From a virus (Duplodnaviria > Caudoviricetes), in IMG/VR virus record IMGVR_UViG_3300011337_000731, positions 1 through 25,218 of that record: a stretch of DNA of 25,218 nt. One strand, 5' to 3'. The position numbers were made by a program, and so were the translations under genes. The first letter of the stretch is position 1. Each line of letters begins with the position of its first letter. The notes beneath the pieces were generated by a model. That model was not told where the DNA came from. It did no database searches and saw nothing but the letters and a program-made list of their open reading frames with translations. Of this stretch, positions 1 through 7,400 are shown in pieces.

Positions 1-885
1 TACTGGTGGCACGAGCACGAGCCCTATCGGGACGACAACCTGCCGGATGGCTGGGCCCGAACCGAGGAGGAGGACGAGCTCGCCGAGCGTCACGGCCTTG
101 ACGACGCGCAGCTGTGGTGGCGCCGCCAGCAGGTCGCCACGCTCGGCTTGACCAAGTTCCGCCGCGAGTACCCAGGCTGCCTGGCTGATGCGTTCCTGTC
201 CCGCGACTCGACCTACTTCGTGGCTGCCGACCTCGACGCCATCGAGCAGGTGTGGTTCGACGGCCCGGCGCGAGAGCTCGCTGAGCCCGAGGAGGACGGC
301 CACTACGTCATGGGCGTCGACGTGGGCGGCGGTGTCGGCGGCGACTACTCGACCCTGGCCGTGGTCTCGCTCGCCAGCCTGCAGCCCGTCTACCTCGAGC
401 GGTCCAACACCATGGCGCCGCACGACTGGGCGGCCCGCGTCGCCACCGTGGCCCAGCGCTACGGCAACGCCCTCGTGCTGTGCGAGTCGAACAACCACGG
501 GCACGTCGTTCTTAGGGAGCTGGACCGGCTGCGCTACCGCAAGGTCTGGGCCGACGGCGATGGCAAGCCCTGGACCACGACGGTCAAGAGCAAGCTCGAG
601 GCCTACGACATCCTGCGGGAGCACATCCAGTCGCGGATCATCTTCGCTTTGGACCAGACCACGCTGCTGGAGCTGCGCTCGCTCGAGGTGCGCAAGGTTA
701 CGCCCGAGGCTCCAGCCGGGCTGCACGACGACATGGCCATGGCCCTCGCCCTCGCGTACCGTTGCGTCCGGTCTGCTCCTGCCAGCCAGCGCAGAGAGTC
801 AGGAGCTGGGGCGATGGAGTCGTTCATCGCTGCTCGCCGTGTCGCCCGCATCCGCAAGTCTGCCCTGCCCTGGAGGACCTCGTGA
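1..885 (+). CDS. terL: Terminase large subunit, C-terminal nuclease domain (5' truncated by window edge)
   Basis: Frame is open from base 1 (YWWHEHEPY...QLWWRRQQ...FRREYP...AF). It has the FxxEYP motif, RNase H-like YVMGVDVGGGVGGDYS, ESNNHG and HDDMAMALALA motifs typical of TerL, and lies directly upstream of the portal. Confidence 0.95.
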   Translation, partial: YWWHEHEPYRDDNLPDGWARTEEEDELAERHGLDDAQLWWRRQQVATLGLTKFRREYPGCLADAFLSRDSTYFVAADLDAIEQVWFDGPARELAEPEEDGHYVMGVDVGGGVGGDYSTLAVVSLASLQPVYLERSNTMAPHDWAARVATVAQRYGNALVLCESNNHGHVVLRELDRLRYRKVWADGDGKPWTTTVKSKLEAYDILREHIQSRIIFALDQTTLLELRSLEVRKVTPEAPAGLHDDMAMALALAYRCVRSAPASQRRESGAGAMESFIAARRVARIRKSALPWRTS

Positions 886-2594
886 TCAACGCCAGCACCG
901 CCCGCTCCATCTACGAGGCGCACGAGCGCTACTGGGAGGACCTGCGCCCCGAGATGCGCCGGCTGCGCAACGCCTACCTGATGCGCTACTGGAAGCGGAA
1001 CCCCACCTACGACGAGGCTCTGCTCATCGAGACGAGCCGCGCCTACGAGCTGGTCGAGAGCTACATCGCCAGCCTCTTCGTCCGCGACCCGGCTGTGGTG
1101 GTGGCTCCCGACCTGCGCGGGCACGGCGACCCCGAGCTGACGCAGGAGGTCGCCAACAACTGGCTCACCTCCACGCGCCGCCAGGTCGAGGACGCCATGC
1201 GGCTGGCGCTCATCTACCCGTGGGCCGCGCTGAAGCTCACCGCCAACGACGCGCCCGATGTGCTGCAGCGGGTGGACGCCACGCCCATCTGCCCGTGGGA
1301 CGTGCTGGTCGACGACACCGCCTCGAGCTGGGCGACCCAGCGATACATCGGCCACCGCTACTACCTGCCAATCGCGGCCGCCAAGGCCAAGTATGGGAAC
1401 AAGCAGTACGCCTTGCGCACCTTCTCCCGCTACCTCGACACGCAGGACGCGGACAACACCCCCGCCTACCGCCGGGCCAACGAGCCCGTCGAGCAGACCA
1501 CCGACGACTACATCATCGTGGTCGAGTTCTACGACCTCGTGCAGGAGAAGATGTTCGTCTGGTCGCCCGACTATTCGTCCGGCAACAAGATGCTCTACGA
1601 CGGGATCAAGCTCGAGATCGGCGCGACGGACGGCGACGACGACGCGGAGCCGACGGCCGAGAAGTTCGACGGCATCCCGTTCAGGACGAGCAGCGACCGG
1701 CCCGTCGTGCCCATCGTCCCCATCTACATGAGCCGCGAGCCCGACGAGCCGCTGCGTGGGTACTCGGCCCTGCGCCGCGTCTACGACCAAGTCGTCGAGA
1801 TCAACACCATGCGCACGTTCCAAGCCAACGGCGTGCGCAAGGCGGCCCGGCAGTGGATGTGCGAGAAGGGGGTGCTCGACCCCGAGGCGATGGCGAAGAT
1901 CGCGCAGGGCCAGGACGGGGAGTTCATCGAGGTCGAGCTGTCGCCGGGCCAGGACCTGCGCTCGGCCATCGTCCCGGTGCCCCACTCCCCGACGCCGCCC
2001 GAGCTCGAGGTCTACGAGCAGCAGGTGGAGAGCGACTTCAGCCGCGGCTCGGTCATGGCTCCGTTCACCCGGGGCCAGGCCACCAAGGCGACCGCCACCG
2101 AGGTCACCGCGCTCGCCGCCTACAGCGCCAGCGAGATCGGCCGGCAGGCCAGGGAGCGCGACGCCGCCATCGCTCAGATGGCCCAGACCTACGTCGTGAT
2201 GCTGGCCACGCTCATGGACGACGGCGACGTCATCGTCCGCCTGGGCGGCAAGGCCCGGGTGGTCCGCGCTGACGACCTCACCGCGGACTTCCGCTTCTTC
2301 GCCCAGGACAGCGGCTCGACCCCGATGTCCGACGCCGTGAAGAAGCAGGAGCTGCAGACCCTGGTGCCGCTGCTCACCAAGCTCGGCGTGCCGCCCGAGA
2401 AGATCCTGAAAGCGCTGGTCCGCAGCTACGACCTGCCCGAGGACTTCCTCCCCGAGGATGCAGCGCCGGCTGCAGGTGCTCTGCCCAACGCGCCGGGCCT
2501 GCCGTCTGCTCCCGACCAAGCCGCGGCCAGCCTGCTCCAGGGCCCGAGCCCGGCCAACGTCGCCAACGTCCTGCCTGCTGGAGGGGTGGTCTGA
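882..2594 (+). CDS. Portal (head-to-tail connector) protein, ~570 aa
   Basis: GTG start overlaps the TerL stop (GTGA) with GGAGG upstream. Size, position after TerL, PWDVLVD, GYSALRRVYDQVVEIN and RGQATKATATEV (the TATE motif of podoviral portals) fit; Pro/Ala-rich C-tail. Confidence 0.9.
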   Translation: MINASTARSIYEAHERYWEDLRPEMRRLRNAYLMRYWKRNPTYDEALLIETSRAYELVESYIASLFVRDPAVVVAPDLRGHGDPELTQEVANNWLTSTRRQVEDAMRLALIYPWAALKLTANDAPDVLQRVDATPICPWDVLVDDTASSWATQRYIGHRYYLPIAAAKAKYGNKQYALRTFSRYLDTQDADNTPAYRRANEPVEQTTDDYIIVVEFYDLVQEKMFVWSPDYSSGNKMLYDGIKLEIGATDGDDDAEPTAEKFDGIPFRTSSDRPVVPIVPIYMSREPDEPLRGYSALRRVYDQVVEINTMRTFQANGVRKAARQWMCEKGVLDPEAMAKIAQGQDGEFIEVELSPGQDLRSAIVPVPHSPTPPELEVYEQQVESDFSRGSVMAPFTRGQATKATATEVTALAAYSASEIGRQARERDAAIAQMAQTYVVMLATLMDDGDVIVRLGGKARVVRADDLTADFRFFAQDSGSTPMSDAVKKQELQTLVPLLTKLGVPPEKILKALVRSYDLPEDFLPEDAAPAAGALPNAPGLPSAPDQAAASLLQGPSPANVANVLPAGGVV

Positions 2595-2998
2595 TGCCCA
2601 TCTACGAGTATCGCTGCGCGGAGGGCCACAAGTCCGAGAAGCTGCGCAAGTACGAGAACCGCAAGGATGCAGCGGCCTGCGCGCGGTGCGGGGCACCTGC
2701 CCTCCTCGCGGTAGCGGCACCTGCAAAGACAGCCTGGGCCTGGGGCGACACGCCTTGGAACGGCTACCATGACCGCGGCCTCAACGTCACGCTGCGCGAT
2801 GCGAACCATCGCCGAGAGTTGATGCGCAAGCGTGGGCTGCGAGAGGTCGAGGACGGCGAGGTCGAGCGGGAGATCTCCCGCGCCACCTCGGAGAGGGACA
2901 CCCACGAGGCGCAGGTCGCCAAGTTCCAGCGCGTGCTGGCCGACACCGGGTCGACCGCCAAAGCGATGATCGAGACGTTCCCCACACCCGATGCCTGA
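2594..2998 (+). CDS. FmdB-family zinc-ribbon protein
   Basis: N-terminal MPIYEYRCAEGH...CARCG is the FmdB-type zinc-ribbon signature (here CxxxH + CxxC); TGATG coupling to the portal. Confidence 0.85.
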   Translation: MPIYEYRCAEGHKSEKLRKYENRKDAAACARCGAPALLAVAAPAKTAWAWGDTPWNGYHDRGLNVTLRDANHRRELMRKRGLREVEDGEVEREISRATSERDTHEAQVAKFQRVLADTGSTAKAMIETFPTPDA

Positions 2999-3008
2999 GG
3001 AGGCACCC

Positions 3009-3458
3009 ATGGACGACATGTCGATGCAGATCGAGGACGAGTACGCCGGCAAGGCTGGCGAGATGCAGGATGAGGCCGACGCCATGCTTGAGCTGCCCAA
3101 GGGCAAGTTCTCTGCGTCGGCGCTCAACGGCCTGGTCAAGTCGTTCAACCAGGCGCTGTCGAGCGCGGGGATGGAGGGCAACTACCCGACCTTCACCTCC
3201 GACCAGACGGTGTTCCCGGTGGACTTCGTGCGCGGGCTGGCCATGCTCTCCGACGCCGCCGCCGAGAGCGGGTCCGGCATCGAGATCACGCTGGCCGGCG
3301 TGGTCGGCGACCGCGACGTGGCGCTGCTCGCGAGCAAGGTCGCCGCCCTCGCGAAGAGCGAGGAGTTCAAGAGCATGATGGCCGAGGGCGAAGGCGAGAC
3401 CGAAGTCGAAGTCGAAGTGAAGACCTCCCCCGAAGACCTCATGATGGAGCGTGCCTGA
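3009..3458 (+). CDS. Acidic hypothetical protein of the head module (149 aa; alternative start 2991)
   Basis: GAGGAGG 5 nt upstream of ATG 3009; phage-typical codon use; E/D-rich termini; coupled to the next gene by TGATG. Confidence 0.8.
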   Translation: MDDMSMQIEDEYAGKAGEMQDEADAMLELPKGKFSASALNGLVKSFNQALSSAGMEGNYPTFTSDQTVFPVDFVRGLAMLSDAAAESGSGIEITLAGVVGDRDVALLASKVAALAKSEEFKSMMAEGEGETEVEVEVKTSPEDLMMERA

Positions 3459-4345
3459 TGTCCCTGCTCACGACTGCACCCGGTAGCGCTGGCCTGTCTC
3501 ACGGCGGGCAGCCTGCTTCCCCGGACACGGCAGCCGCGGCCCCTGTCGGCGAGGCGGCAGCCGCCGCCCCGGCCGACGCCGGCAAGCGGAACCCCGAACC
3601 CGGCAACAAGTACAAGGCTGAGGTCAACGCCCTTCTCGACGCCTACGAGAAGAAGCAGGCGAGCAAGGCGAAGGAGGCCGCATCCGCACCCGAGCCCGAG
3701 CCCGCGGGGCTCAACGACGGCGAGTCCTGGGATTCGATCTACGCCTCGCAGCCGCCCGAGGTGCAGCGGGCCATGGCCGAGATGCGGAAGATGATGACCC
3801 GCAAGACGCAGGAGCTGGCCCGGGAGAAGCAGGCGCTGCAGGCCCAGCACCAAGCCCTGGCGAGCAGCGGGCTGCTGGAGTCCCTCGCCCAGCAGGCGGG
3901 CAAGATGCCGCAGGACTTCGACCCCTTCAACGCTGAGCACATCCAGGCAGCCATCGACGCCAAGGTCGCGGCCAAGCTCAAGGAGGTGCTCGAGCCGCTG
4001 GGCACGCAGCAGCGGCAGCGCGAGGCGGCGACCCGCTACGAGACCTTCAAGGCGGAGAACCCGGACCTCGTCAGCGATCCCGAGATCAAGTCCGGCGTCT
4101 TCGCTGCGCTGCAGGCCGACAAGAACCTGAGCCTGGAGGCCGCCTACTGGATGGTCAAGGGCAAGCGCCTGTCCGCCCAGCAGCAGACGCAGCAGCAGCA
4201 GGCTGAGGTCCGCCGGCGCGCCATGCAGCGGGCTGCCGTCATCGGAGACCGCGGCGCCAAGCCGGGCCGAGAGGTCGTCTCGGCTGACGTCCGCAGCGGA
4301 AACGCCTGGGACATCTACCAGGCGTTGAAGAAGTCGAAGGCTTAG
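3458..4345 (+). CDS. Putative capsid scaffolding protein
   Basis: 295 aa with a disordered Ala/Pro N-terminus, helical/coiled-coil body (MTRKTQELAREKQALQAQ) and short C-terminal helix (AWDIYQALKKSKA); immediately upstream of the major capsid gene. Confidence 0.75.
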   Translation: MSLLTTAPGSAGLSHGGQPASPDTAAAAPVGEAAAAAPADAGKRNPEPGNKYKAEVNALLDAYEKKQASKAKEAASAPEPEPAGLNDGESWDSIYASQPPEVQRAMAEMRKMMTRKTQELAREKQALQAQHQALASSGLLESLAQQAGKMPQDFDPFNAEHIQAAIDAKVAAKLKEVLEPLGTQQRQREAATRYETFKAENPDLVSDPEIKSGVFAALQADKNLSLEAAYWMVKGKRLSAQQQTQQQQAEVRRRAMQRAAVIGDRGAKPGREVVSADVRSGNAWDIYQALKKSKA

Positions 4346-4353
4346 GCTACAAC
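4325..4353 (+). promoter_or_regulatory. Candidate sigma70-type promoter for the capsid gene
   Basis: TTGAAG (4325-4330), 17-nt spacer, TACAAC (4348-4353). The -10 lacks the conserved last T. Predicted +1 near 4359-4360. Confidence 0.4.
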
Positions 4354-4357
4354 AGCA

Positions 4358-4491
4358 GGGCCTCTCCGGCGTGAGCCCCCTCGGGACACGCCCCGCCGGG
4401 GAGGCTCACTGGCCCCGGCTACCGGACACGCCTTGCCTCCCCATCCGACCCGCGCTCACCTGCGCCGCGACGGCGCATAGAGGCCACGCAA
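4358..4491 (+). ncRNA. Structured 5' leader of the major capsid gene (candidate cis-regulatory RNA)
   Basis: Longest gap inside the late operon. Several helices by hand: 4358-4371/4394-4407 (14 bp), 4398-4405/4435-4442 (8 bp), 4461-4467/4471-4477 (7 bp), 4359-4365/4479-4485 (covers AGAGG RBS). GGACACGCC occurs twice. Confidence 0.55.
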
Positions 4492-5508
4492 ATGCCGACG
4501 ACCACCGGTGTCCAGAACGACATCCTCGCATCGACCCTGCGGATTCTCCGCGACAAGGAGGTCGACAACACCTTCCGTACCATCCCCCTGCTCGACGCCG
4601 TGCAGCGCCTCGGCAACGTGGAGCAGGTCGATGGCGGCAGCTACATCGACAGCCCGGTGATCCTCACCGACCACTCGACCATCACCCAGCTCACCACCGG
4701 CTACGAGGCTGTGTCGCTGGCGGTGAAGGACCCGATGCGGACCGCCTCCTACAGCTGGTGCGACGCGACCGCCCCGGTCGTGATCACCCGCAAGGAGGAG
4801 CTGTCCAACAAGGGCGAGCGCGCCATCGTGCGGATTGCCGAGGCGCGGTTGAAGCAGACCATGGGCATGTTCAAGCGGGAGATCTGCAAGCAGATCATCG
4901 CCGGCAACAGCACCATCCTCACCGACCTGCAGACGTTGAACGGCCTGGACGCCGCGACGGGCTGGTTCGAGGAGCTCGCCTTCGGCAGCCAGGGCAACAC
5001 GGTCGGCGGCATCGCCAAGAGTGGGTTCCCCACCTCCTGGCAGAACCAGGTGCAGAACGGCAGCTTCGCGGCCAACGGCCTCAAGAAGATGCAGCAGCTC
5101 CTGATCGACGTCCAGCAGTACGCGCCCGAGGGCGACGTGGACCTCATCCTCGCGAGCCCGATCTCCTACGGGCTCTACAAGGACGAGCTCCAGCAGCTCG
5201 AGCGGTACACCTCGGCGACCGAAGAGCGGAACATGGCCGGCAAGCTGGCCCTGCAGTTCAACGGCGCCGCGATGTACATCGAGCCGAACCTCGGGTTCAC
5301 CGGCTCGGGCGGCGTGAACAAGATGTCGATGTACTTCCTCAACTCGACGCTGTTCAACGTCTACTTCGACCGCGACGCGCAGTTTGAGCTTGGCGACATG
5401 GAGACCATCAGCGGCTACGCTGCGATGTCCGCCCAGATCGCCCTGCGGATGCAGGTCTGCACCAGCAACCTGTCCGGCCACGGCATCCTCATCAACGCGG
5501 AGACCTGA
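4492..5508 (+). CDS. Major capsid protein (HK97 fold, podoviral type)
   Basis: 338 aa. N-terminal pattern LASTL...EVDNTF..IPLL...GGSYIDSPV, then ARLKQTM, LNGL and C-terminal QVCTSNLSGHGIL are characteristic of a widespread podoviral MCP family. Strong codon bias; follows the scaffold; AGAGG RBS. Confidence 0.9.
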   Translation: MPTTTGVQNDILASTLRILRDKEVDNTFRTIPLLDAVQRLGNVEQVDGGSYIDSPVILTDHSTITQLTTGYEAVSLAVKDPMRTASYSWCDATAPVVITRKEELSNKGERAIVRIAEARLKQTMGMFKREICKQIIAGNSTILTDLQTLNGLDAATGWFEELAFGSQGNTVGGIAKSGFPTSWQNQVQNGSFAANGLKKMQQLLIDVQQYAPEGDVDLILASPISYGLYKDELQQLERYTSATEERNMAGKLALQFNGAAMYIEPNLGFTGSGGVNKMSMYFLNSTLFNVYFDRDAQFELGDMETISGYAAMSAQIALRMQVCTSNLSGHGILINAET

Positions 5509-5510
5509 TC

Positions 5511-6008
5511 ATGGCTACCTCCACCCTGCTCCAGTCCCTCAACACCGACGCCGACTTCGGCGGGGTCAGCGCCGCTGGCTCCAGCAACCGCCGCCAGGAG
5601 GAGATCTTCCTGGCCAAGGAGACCCTCGCGGTCGGCGACTGGGTGGCGTTCGACCTCGGCGCCACGGCCGACAGCGACGTGACCCTCGGCGTGTTCAAGG
5701 CCGATGGCAACAGCTCGCCGGTGCGCACCCCCTTCGGCGTCGTCATCCGCTCCGCGGAGCCTACCGGCGTCCTGACGGCGGGCGCCCGGGTCGAGGTCTG
5801 CATCGCCGGTGTGGTCGACGCCTTCGTCAGCGACAACGCTGGCGCCGGCCTCGCCATCGGCGCGCTGCTCCAGATCACCAACACCGCCGGCCTGGCCGAC
5901 CTCGCCTCGGCGGCCTCGGCCCAGCCGGTGTGCGGCATCCTGGCTGAGACCGTCGGTGCGGGCGCTGGCAACACCCAGAAGCGCGTCGTCGTGATCAAGC
6001 AGTTCTGA
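5511..6008 (+). CDS. Capsid decoration/cement protein
   Basis: 165 aa, Ala/Gly/Val-rich beta pattern (ETLAVGDWVAFD...FGVV...AGARVEVCIAGVV...IGALL...CGILAE), directly after the MCP and before the terminator. Confidence 0.7.
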   Translation: MATSTLLQSLNTDADFGGVSAAGSSNRRQEEIFLAKETLAVGDWVAFDLGATADSDVTLGVFKADGNSSPVRTPFGVVIRSAEPTGVLTAGARVEVCIAGVVDAFVSDNAGAGLAIGALLQITNTAGLADLASAASAQPVCGILAETVGAGAGNTQKRVVVIKQF

Positions 6009-6039
6009 TCCCCGCTGCCCGCCCCAAGCGGGTACACTG

Positions 6040-6076
6040 GCCCCGTCCGCACACCATGCGGGCGGGGCTTTCGCTT
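6040..6076 (+). terminator. Intrinsic terminator closing the capsid transcript
   Basis: 12-bp stem GCCCCGTCCGCA / TGCGGGCGGGGC (one G-U), loop CACCA, followed by TTTCGCTT. The weak U tract suggests partial readthrough. Confidence 0.75.
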
Positions 6077-6086
6077 AGGAGTGGTG

Positions 6087-7400
6087 ATGCCTGCGTCGTC
6101 CCTGAAAGAGCTGCGAGAGTTCGTGGCCAACATCCTTGACTACTCGCCGACCAACCCCAAGTACAGCAAGCAGGTCGACGCGCTGCTCAACGAGGCGGAC
6201 CGGGCCATCTGCTCCGAGAAGCCCTTCACCTTCATCAACCGGGTGGCCGACGTCCAGGTCTACAAGGACGTGTCCTTCGCTGCGCTGACCTTCACGGTCA
6301 ACACGCAGGTCGTGACCGGCCCGGCCGGCAGCTTCCTCGGGTGGATGGCAGGGCAAGAGCTCGAGGTCACGCTGCCCAGCGGGAACACCGAGACCTTCGT
6401 CATCAACAACGTGGTCAGCGACACCGACCTTCGCATCTCCTCTGCGTGGACGGCGGCCACCGGGCCCTACGCAGCCAAGGCGATCAACCGTTACATCGAC
6501 CTGCCGGCCGACTGCATCTCGGTGCTCGGCGTCGCGCGGCGCACGCAGGCGATGACGCCCAACGACCCAGGCCTGCTCGACAACCTGACCCGGTACGAGG
6601 ACGAGTGGTGGAACCTGCCGCTCGGCGAGATCAACCTCCCGATCTACTGGGTCTGGTACGACCCGGCCCACATCAACGGGCCCCGGGTCAACTTCGCGCT
6701 GACCACCGCTGTCGCTGCTGGCCGCGGCGTGCGGACGGTGGAGTTCACCTCGACCCTGGTCTTCGCCGGCCGAGAGAGCGCGCACGGCGACATCGTCACC
6801 CTGACCGCGACGGACGCGCAGGACTTCGTGCTCACCCCGTCTGCGCAGACGGCCAACTCCGGCCTGTACAAGCGCTACTACTGGAGGAGCACGCAGTTCG
6901 GGTTCAGCGCCTGGCGGCTGCTCGACGACCCGCTCACGCCCGGCGCCAAGATGGAGCTGCTCCCCACCGACGTGGCGGCGCGCACCATCCAGCTCTCGGT
7001 CACCACGCTCACCACATCCGAGGGCCTGTACAACGGCCAGCGGATGCAGAACCCCGACGGCTTCGTCCAGCGCATCCGCCTCTACCCGCGGCAGGACAAG
7101 GACTACGTCTTCCAGGTCCGCTACATGGTCCGGCACCAGCCGATGCAGGAGGACAACGACGTCTCGCTCGTGCCCCCTGCGCACCGCATGGTCATCGCCT
7201 ACCGGGCCCTGGCCGACGTCCTGTTCAAGCACGACAACGCCGCGCAGTCCGAGATCTACAAGCGCAAGTACGAGGCCGAGCTGCTGCAGATGGAGCGCCG
7301 GTACTTGATCTCCACGTCGCGCCGGATCGTCAAAGGCAACTGGGGCGACAACCTCGGCGTCGGCCGCTACTCCCGCTTCACGACCCTGGTGCACACATGA
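6087..7400 (+). CDS. Head-tail adaptor (tail tubular protein A-like) with large beta-rich insertion
   Basis: AGGAG 5 nt before ATG 6087. N-terminal helices (LKELREFV...LLNEADRAIC...PFTF) and C-terminal RIRLYPRQD...DNDVSLVPPAHRMVIAYRALA...KYEAELLQM match podoviral adaptor architecture; first gene after the head module. Confidence 0.7.
   Translation: MPASSLKELREFVANILDYSPTNPKYSKQVDALLNEADRAICSEKPFTFINRVADVQVYKDVSFAALTFTVNTQVVTGPAGSFLGWMAGQELEVTLPSGNTETFVINNVVSDTDLRISSAWTAATGPYAAKAINRYIDLPADCISVLGVARRTQAMTPNDPGLLDNLTRYEDEWWNLPLGEINLPIYWVWYDPAHINGPRVNFALTTAVAAGRGVRTVEFTSTLVFAGRESAHGDIVTLTATDAQDFVLTPSAQTANSGLYKRYYWRSTQFGFSAWRLLDDPLTPGAKMELLPTDVAARTIQLSVTTLTTSEGLYNGQRMQNPDGFVQRIRLYPRQDKDYVFQVRYMVRHQPMQEDNDVSLVPPAHRMVIAYRALADVLFKHDNAAQSEIYKRKYEAELLQMERRYLISTSRRIVKGNWGDNLGVGRYSRFTTLVHT

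Noticed and set aside
188-2272. Long overlapping + strand ORFs in alternative frames (188-2272, 4371-5387 and the upstream extensions from 6341 and 8821)
   Set aside because: Arg/Pro/Gly-rich off-frame translations typical of ~70% GC DNA. The true starts are marked by RBS and stop/start overlaps.
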